Shown: in pieces, positions 9,566 through 14,899 of the stretch
Position numbering within the stretch: position 1 is the first letter of the stretch
Layout of the letters: every line of letters starts with the position of its first letter
Source: Nitrospinales bacterium
GTDB lineage: Bacteria; Nitrospinota; Nitrospinia; Nitrospinales; JAJDAT01
Length of the DNA stretch: 14,899 nt
Assembly (NCBI GenBank): GCA_046757665.1
Contig: JBHHYO010000066.1
Location: 1 to 14,899 of the forward strand
Direction of reading: 5' to 3'
Made by a program: the position numbers and the translations under genes
Notes under the pieces: generated by a model
Databases searched by the model: none
Seen by the model: the letters and a program-made list of their open reading frames with translations, nothing else
What the model was told of the DNA's origin: nothing

Positions 9566-9619
9566 TAATTGAAGTAGACTTTAAATCAGGGATCCGTTTT
9601 CCCTTGCGAGGTTTTTCCT

Positions 9620-10096
9620 ATGACGGCAACGGTTACGCGCAAGCTATTGGGGGTTTTGATGGCGGTGGGGGTGGTTCTGCTTCTGACGCCGGCCGGAGCG
9701 CCGGGGCAACAAAACGAGGCCCCGGAATTTGTCAATTGGGGTTTGATTTCCGTATCGCCCAAATTCACCCTGGGAGAAAATGCCCGGTTCATTATTTTTC
9801 CCATCCGGAACAACGCCACGCGGAGCATTGTTGCCGTTTATGCGTGGATTTTTGAAGTGGGAGAGGATGAGAACGGCAACGCCACTTTCCGGCTGGCGAA
9901 CAATCCCAATACCGGGGGAGTGTTGATCAAGAACAAACAGCACGCGCCGGGAACGGTAGCCGATTGGCGATTTTCCCTGGTAGCGGCCAACCGGCCGGCT
10001 GGCGGCGGCGCGCCGAATTTTACTCTCCGCGTCAGCCCGAGGGGAATCTTTTTTGCGAGGATGGAACCGCAGGCGCTCGCTAAATCCGGCCCGTAA
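9620..10096 (+). CDS. hypothetical secreted protein, 158 aa
   Basis: GAGG SD at 9608-9611; Sec-type signal (RK, then LLGVLMAVGVVLLL, then PAGA); alternating beta-strand-like pattern in the mature part; no family recognised. Confidence 0.75.
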   Translation: MTATVTRKLLGVLMAVGVVLLLTPAGAPGQQNEAPEFVNWGLISVSPKFTLGENARFIIFPIRNNATRSIVAVYAWIFEVGEDENGNATFRLANNPNTGGVLIKNKQHAPGTVADWRFSLVAANRPAGGGAPNFTLRVSPRGIFFARMEPQALAKSGP

Positions 10097-10141
10097 ACGG
10101 AAGATACCTTTACGTAACCCGAGAATTCTTCGCCGTCGCGG

Positions 10142-10243
10142 TGTCATCGCGAGCCGCTACCAGCGGCGTGGCGATCCAGCCGGGCCACGCCCGGTGGGCA
10201 TGGGTCCTTTCTGGATTGCTTCGGCTACCGCCTCGCAATGACA
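10142..10243. repeat. 102-bp nested palindromic element (REP/MITE-like) between convergent genes
   Basis: Terminal IR TGTCATCGCGAG (10142-10153) / CTCGCAATGACA (10232-10243), 11/12 match. Inner IR GCGATCCAG (10171-10179) / CTGGATTGC (10211-10219). Hairpins GCCGCT-acc-AGCGGC, CCGGGC-cac-GCCCGG and CGG-cta-CCG. Confidence 0.8.
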
Positions 10244-10295
10244 ATCAAACAAGCATACCCAGTCACGGGTCTCTAAGTGGAGATGGCCTGCTTCA

Positions 10296-10505
10296 TCAAC
10301 GGTTGGGACTTACAAAACTTATGGCGGCGCTGGCGGAGCAATCGCGCTGACTGCCGAATTGCAGAGATTCCGCACAAGTGAATCCGTCGGTAAAAAGATC
10401 CTTCTCCCCGCCCTGGCAACCATAACCCGCAAACCCCAGAACAAGTACCGCTAACGCGGACACACCCGGAATCAATTGAATCAGTTTGGAGCAAAATGCT
10501 TTCAT
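10296..10505 (-). CDS. putative small lipoprotein, 69 aa (about 40 aa mature)
   Basis: Lys-containing N-region, hydrophobic VSALAVLVLGFA, lipobox-like AGYG-C30, two further Cys (44, 56); sigma28-like promoter about 55 nt upstream; no clear SD. Confidence 0.5.
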   Translation of the reverse strand: MKAFCSKLIQLIPGVSALAVLVLGFAGYGCQGGEKDLFTDGFTCAESLQFGSQRDCSASAAISFVSPNR

Positions 10506-10548
10506 GTATTCGATGCCATAAAAGAGAACGTGTGGATTTGCGGCGGTC

Positions 10549-10568
10549 TTTCGATTAGCTTATCGAAA
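10549..10568. promoter_or_regulatory. 20-bp near-perfect palindrome, candidate operator
   Basis: TTTCGATTAGCTTATCGAAA, 9 of 10 symmetric pairs match; overlaps the sigma28-like -10 box. Confidence 0.45.
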
Positions 10569-10586
10569 AATTTCGTAAAAACTTAA
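10560..10586 (-). promoter_or_regulatory. sigma28 (FliA/SigD)-type promoter for the small lipoprotein gene
   Basis: TTAAGTTT (10586-10579), 11 nt, TTCGATAA (10567-10560), against consensus TAAAGTTT-N11-GCCGATAA. Confidence 0.55.
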
Positions 10587-10686
10587 GCCCCCCTCCAACG
10601 GGGCGCCGAAAAACCCGATTCAACGAGATTTGTTCCCTTCGGTTTACGGCGCTCAAATACCACTATAAAGTCCCTGGTGGTCCCGG

Positions 10687-10696
10687 TATAATTATA
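10687..10696. promoter_or_regulatory. palindromic TATAATTATA giving a consensus -10 hexamer on both strands
   Basis: TATAAT at 10687-10692 (+) and 10696-10691 (-) between the divergent lipoprotein and protease genes; no convincing -35 seen. Confidence 0.4.
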
Positions 10697-10766
10697 AAAC
10701 AACTTTTTCTCATTTTACGATTCTCTTCATTAAATTCGAACTCTTGGAATAAAACGGAGGTGCGAC

Positions 10767-13601
10767 GTGCGCTGGGTCAAACTATCCTTGTTTTGCAAGG
10801 TTTTTCTTTTAATATTTTTGTTTTTTCAATGGAGCCCTGTCGAGGCGGCAAAACGTGTCACCCGGACCTTGACGCTGGAAAACGGCTTGAGCGTTTTTCT
10901 GGTCCACGATCCGGATGTGCACCGAAGTGCGGCGGCGCTTTCCGTCGGCACCGGGAGCATTTTTGATCCCGAAGACAAGTTAGGCCTGGCTCATTACCTG
11001 GAACATATGCTGTTCCTGGGAACCCAAAAATATCCGGAAGTGGGCTCCTTCAAAAAATACCTCAACGCCAACTCCGGCGCCAGCAACGCTTACACCGCAA
11101 AATCGATCACCAACTACTTTTTTCAGGTGAGCCACGAAGCGTTTGAAGGCGCCCTGGACCGGTTCAGCGATTTTTTCAAGGCGCCGCTGTTTGACGAGCA
11201 TTATGCCGAACGCGAGGTGAACGCCGTCAGTAGCGAACACGATAAAAATGTCATGAGCGACGGCTGGCGGAACAATTACATCATCGACCTGATCTCCGAG
11301 CCGGGGCATCCGCTGAGAAAATTCGGCACGGGCAACAAGGAAACCCTGGCGGGAGACAACCGTCCGGCACTGCTCGACTTTTACGAAAAATATTACTCCG
11401 CATCCAACATGAAGCTGGCCGTGCTCTCCAAACTTTCGCTACGCGAGCAAACCGCACTGGTCAAAAAATTGTTTTTACCGATCAAAAACCGGCCCGTGGT
11501 CTTGCCGAAGATTGACCCGGAGTATCGGAAACCCCTTCAGGGCAAATTCCGGTTGCTGAAAATCAAGACCATCAAGGATACTCGCTCTCTGCAACTGAGT
11601 TTCCCCACCATCCGGCTCAAGGACCACCTGGACAGCAAGCCGGCTTCCCTCGTCGCTTATATCATCGGTTACGAGGGCAAGGGGTCCCTGCTTTCGCAAT
11701 TGAAGGCGGAAGGGCTGGCGCTGGGGTTGTCCGCCGGAGGAAGTTTTTCACATCCGGCAATCAACTCGTTCAGAATCAGCATCTCGTTGACGCCGCGGGG
11801 CGTGAAGCATTACCAGAGGGCGCTGGATCTGGTCTTCGCCTATGTCAACATGCTGAGAAAACACGGCATCGAAAAGTACACCTTCGAGGAGCGGCAAACC
11901 ATGGCGCAAATCGATTTTGACTGGAAGGACCCCGATGAGGGTATGGGATACGTGGCCTCCATGGCCGGGCTCATGCAAGACTACCCATTGGAAAAAGTGG
12001 AAACGGAGCCCTTCCTTTACGAAAAGTTCGACCCCCAGGCGTACCGCGGCGTGCTGGAGTCATTGGTGCCGCAGAACATGCTCGCCGTCTTGAGCACCAA
12101 TTCGGTGGCGACGGATTCCAGGGACAAGTTTTACGGAGCGGAATATTCCAGCACGGCAGTGGATGGGGAAGCGTTCCGGCGCCTGACTCACCCTCCCGCC
12201 GTGCCGACGATGTTTTATCCCGAAAAAAACAATTTTATCCCGTACAACCTGGCTCTCGTGGAAGAGAACCCGCACCTGGTGCGTGATGACGATCTGGCAA
12301 AAGTCTGGTTCAAGTTCGACCATCGCTTCAAACAGCCCAAGGTGTTCATCAAGTTCCGCATCGAAACGCCGAAAGTGTACAACACCGTGGACAATTATGC
12401 CCGCGCCAAGCTTTATGATGCCTCCATCCACGAGGGGTTGAACGAAATGGTTTATCCCATCCAGTTGGCGGGATTTTCCTACTCTCTCGACCTGGAGAAG
12501 AAAGGAGTCGTTCTGACCGTTGGCGGTTATTCCACACGGGTTTCCGACCTGTTGCGGCTGGTGGCCCGGAACTTGATAGAGATCAAGATCGACGCCGAAA
12601 AATTTAAAAACATCAAGGAAGCCATAATTCGCGGCCTGAAAAACCGCAAGCTGGGCATGGCCTTCCACCGCGGAGGTTATTTCAACCGTCTGCTCCTGCT
12701 GGCCAAGGACTATAACGAGGAGCAGGTCATCTCCGCTCTTCAACCCGTGACCCTGGAGGACGTCAAAGCTTACGCCAGAACATTGTACGAAAAAGTTTAT
12801 ATCACCGGGCTGGCATACGGCAATTGGAACGACAAGGAGGTCGAGTCCGGCATCCGGGTCCTGCTGGAGGAAATCCCGGGCCGCCCCTTGCCGGAAAACG
12901 AACGCTACCAGGAAGTCGTGGAAATTTTAGGCCCCGGAGAAAACGCCGTCTTTTCCCGGAAGGTGAAGGACACCAACAACTCCATCATCTACACACTGCA
13001 AATCGGCGAGTTTGACTTGGCGAAGCAGGCGAGGACTTCCATGATTGCTTCCATCGTGGAGAGCGATTTTTATACGCAAATGCGGACCAACCAACAGTTG
13101 GGTTACATTGTCGGCAGTTTTCACCGCAGGATCGAGGACCGCCTGTTCTTCAATTTCGTCATCCAATCCGCGACTCACCCCTCATTCGACTTGCTGAACC
13201 GGTTGAAAGGCTGGCTGGCAGACAGCGGCAAGCTGTTCGATAACCTGTCGGATCAGGAGTTCGAGCGGCACCGCAAGGGACTCATCGTTTCCCTGGAAAA
13301 GGAACCGGACAGCATGGCCGGGGTGACGGGGGACCTGTATTACCTGGCGACGCGGGAGAAGGGAAATTTTCAGTTCAAAGAACAATTGATCGAGGTGGTC
13401 AAAAAGCTCACGAAGGAAGAAGTGGTCGCCGCCGCCAAAACCTTGCTCCAGGATATGGTCACCCCGCGCCTCGCGGTCCTCATGCGCGCCGCCGGCAACA
13501 ATGAACCGGTGCCGGACGGGGTGCTGAGCGAAGTCACGCAATTCAAGAACAGGGACAAAAGCTCGGCCTCGCTCTGGCAAAAACGATCCGCGATAAATTG
13601 A
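10767..13601 (+). CDS. secreted insulinase-family (M16A) zinc protease, pitrilysin/protease III-like, 944 aa, GTG start
   Basis: GGAGGT SD at 10756-10761; signal peptide ending VEA; inverzincin motif GLAHYLEHMLFLGT; NAYT; EREVNAVSSEH; C-terminal MRTNQQLGYIV. Confidence 0.93.
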   Translation: MRWVKLSLFCKVFLLIFLFFQWSPVEAAKRVTRTLTLENGLSVFLVHDPDVHRSAAALSVGTGSIFDPEDKLGLAHYLEHMLFLGTQKYPEVGSFKKYLNANSGASNAYTAKSITNYFFQVSHEAFEGALDRFSDFFKAPLFDEHYAEREVNAVSSEHDKNVMSDGWRNNYIIDLISEPGHPLRKFGTGNKETLAGDNRPALLDFYEKYYSASNMKLAVLSKLSLREQTALVKKLFLPIKNRPVVLPKIDPEYRKPLQGKFRLLKIKTIKDTRSLQLSFPTIRLKDHLDSKPASLVAYIIGYEGKGSLLSQLKAEGLALGLSAGGSFSHPAINSFRISISLTPRGVKHYQRALDLVFAYVNMLRKHGIEKYTFEERQTMAQIDFDWKDPDEGMGYVASMAGLMQDYPLEKVETEPFLYEKFDPQAYRGVLESLVPQNMLAVLSTNSVATDSRDKFYGAEYSSTAVDGEAFRRLTHPPAVPTMFYPEKNNFIPYNLALVEENPHLVRDDDLAKVWFKFDHRFKQPKVFIKFRIETPKVYNTVDNYARAKLYDASIHEGLNEMVYPIQLAGFSYSLDLEKKGVVLTVGGYSTRVSDLLRLVARNLIEIKIDAEKFKNIKEAIIRGLKNRKLGMAFHRGGYFNRLLLLAKDYNEEQVISALQPVTLEDVKAYARTLYEKVYITGLAYGNWNDKEVESGIRVLLEEIPGRPLPENERYQEVVEILGPGENAVFSRKVKDTNNSIIYTLQIGEFDLAKQARTSMIASIVESDFYTQMRTNQQLGYIVGSFHRRIEDRLFFNFVIQSATHPSFDLLNRLKGWLADSGKLFDNLSDQEFERHRKGLIVSLEKEPDSMAGVTGDLYYLATREKGNFQFKEQLIEVVKKLTKEEVVAAAKTLLQDMVTPRLAVLMRAAGNNEPVPDGVLSEVTQFKNRDKSSASLWQKRSAIN

Positions 13602-13607
13602 CAGGGC

Positions 13608-14816
13608 TCAAGTCTCCGGGGCCTGTTGGCCCCTTTTGCCGGCTTCCTGAAACGCCGCCGCGAAACCGGGAATGGAGCCTTCGATGACTTCGTCCGGGAA
13701 ACAATAGGCCAGGCGGAAAAACCCGGACAGGCCGAACCCGCGGCCGGGCACGACCAGCACTTTTTTCGCCGCCAGCAGACGGCAAAATTCAACCTCGTCC
13801 TCCAACGGCGACCGGGGAAACATATAAAACGCGCCTTGCGGCTTGACCACCTGGTAGCCGATACGGGTCAATGCCTCATAAAGGAAATCGCGTTTTCTTT
13901 TGTACGGCTCCACGTCGATCCTCACCGCTTGCAGGTCTTTGATCGTACGTTGCATGAGCGCCGGAGCGTTGACAAACCCCAGCACGCGGTTGCAGAATAT
14001 CAGCCCCGCCATCAACGCCTTGGCGTCCTCGCAACGGGGATGCACGGCGACAAAGCCGATACGCTCGCCGGGTACCGCCAAATCCTTGGAATGCGACGTA
14101 ACGTAAATACTGTGATCATAAAACTCGAAAATGTTCGGCGCCTCCACTCCGTCAAAAACGATTTTTTTGTAGGGGTCGTCGGCAATCAGGTAGATGGCCT
14201 GCCCGGCGCGCTCGGATTTCTCCCGGAGCAGGACCGCCAGGTCTTGCAGGGTTTGCCGCGGATAGACGACGCCGGTGGGGTTGTTGGGGGAATTGATGAC
14301 GACGGCGCGGGTTTTGTCCGTCATCGCCACAGCCAGCGCCTGGAGGTCGGGCAGGAACCGGTCATCCGTCGCCACCGGCACGGCCTTGCCGCCGTGGTTG
14401 TCGGCGTAAAACAAGTACTCGACAAAGTAGGGAGAAAGGACGAGGATTTCGTCGCCGGGATTCAGGAGGGTTTTCAGGGCAATGTTCATTCCCCCGGCGG
14501 CGCCGCAGGCCATCACGATGTCGTCCTCGCCAAGCTCAACCTTGCACTCGGCTGTCAGGGAGCGGGCGATGGCGCGGCGAACGTCCGCGAACCCCGCGTT
14601 GGGCATGTACCGGTGCATACCGGGCGTTTCGTCCCCGGCCATGGCAACCAGCGTTTCCCGGAGTTCGCGGGGCGGCTCCATCACCGGGTTGCCCAGGGAC
14701 AAGTCAAAAACGTTTTCGGCGCCGTATTGCCGTTTTAACTGAAGGCCTTCCTCGAACATTTTCCTGATCCAGGAAGACCGCTCCATGAAAGATTCGATTT
14801 TTTGGGATATCGACAT
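13608..14816 (-). CDS. PLP-dependent class I/II aminotransferase (aspartate aminotransferase-like), 402 aa
   Basis: FDLSLGNP, INSPNNPTG, IADDPY, PLP-lysine motif SHSKDLAVPGERIG, PQGAFY, VPGRGFG..GFFRLAY. Confidence 0.93.
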   Translation of the reverse strand: MSISQKIESFMERSSWIRKMFEEGLQLKRQYGAENVFDLSLGNPVMEPPRELRETLVAMAGDETPGMHRYMPNAGFADVRRAIARSLTAECKVELGEDDIVMACGAAGGMNIALKTLLNPGDEILVLSPYFVEYLFYADNHGGKAVPVATDDRFLPDLQALAVAMTDKTRAVVINSPNNPTGVVYPRQTLQDLAVLLREKSERAGQAIYLIADDPYKKIVFDGVEAPNIFEFYDHSIYVTSHSKDLAVPGERIGFVAVHPRCEDAKALMAGLIFCNRVLGFVNAPALMQRTIKDLQAVRIDVEPYKRKRDFLYEALTRIGYQVVKPQGAFYMFPRSPLEDEVEFCRLLAAKKVLVVPGRGFGLSGFFRLAYCFPDEVIEGSIPGFAAAFQEAGKRGQQAPET

Positions 14817-14860
14817 TGCCGCCTGTCCTTGAACCCGTTCGACCGGATGGTGCGAAGCCG

Positions 14861-14889
14861 ATCTTACAGGCTTTGAGCGAATCCGGCAA
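14861..14889 (-). promoter_or_regulatory. candidate sigma70 promoter for the aminotransferase
   Basis: TTGCCG (14889-14884), 17 nt, TAAGAT (14866-14861), 45 nt upstream of the ATG; AAGGA SD-like sequence at 14830-14826. Confidence 0.55.
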
Positions 14890-14899
14890 GCTTTTCCCC

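Noticed and set aside
10273..10494. 73-aa alternative minus-strand ORF overlapping the lipoprotein ORF
   Set aside because: Lacks the signal-peptide organisation of the 10296-10505 frame; only one of the two is likely real.
13626..14738. 370-aa plus-strand ORF
   Set aside because: Antisense shadow of the aminotransferase with no domain signature.

Overview
GC-rich bacterial chromosomal window, mostly housekeeping genes; no rRNA, tRNA, CRISPR array, transposase or phage gene is recognisable. From left to right: a DUF900-type alpha/beta hydrolase (+); an orphan, frameshifted hicB antitoxin gene at the end of a gcvT-gcvH-gcvPA operon, where gcvPB usually lies (-); a divergent run of MobA-like nucleotidyltransferase, lepA, lepB and a HAD phosphatase (+); a more AT-rich accessory patch (about 8.9-10.75 kb); a secreted pitrilysin-type M16 protease (+); and a class I aspartate-type aminotransferase (-). 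The accessory patch holds a stand-alone receiver protein behind a perfect sigma70 promoter, an unknown secreted protein, a 102-bp nested palindromic repeat, and a 69-aa putative lipoprotein behind a sigma28-like promoter. The best leads are the split hicB, whose downstream frame has its own SD and ATG, the missing gcvPB, a gcvT leader made of anti-SD repeats, and two convergent, possibly sigma28-driven small exported proteins next to a peptide protease. All assignments come from reading motifs by eye; no searches were run, and I cannot establish a novel system from this window alone.
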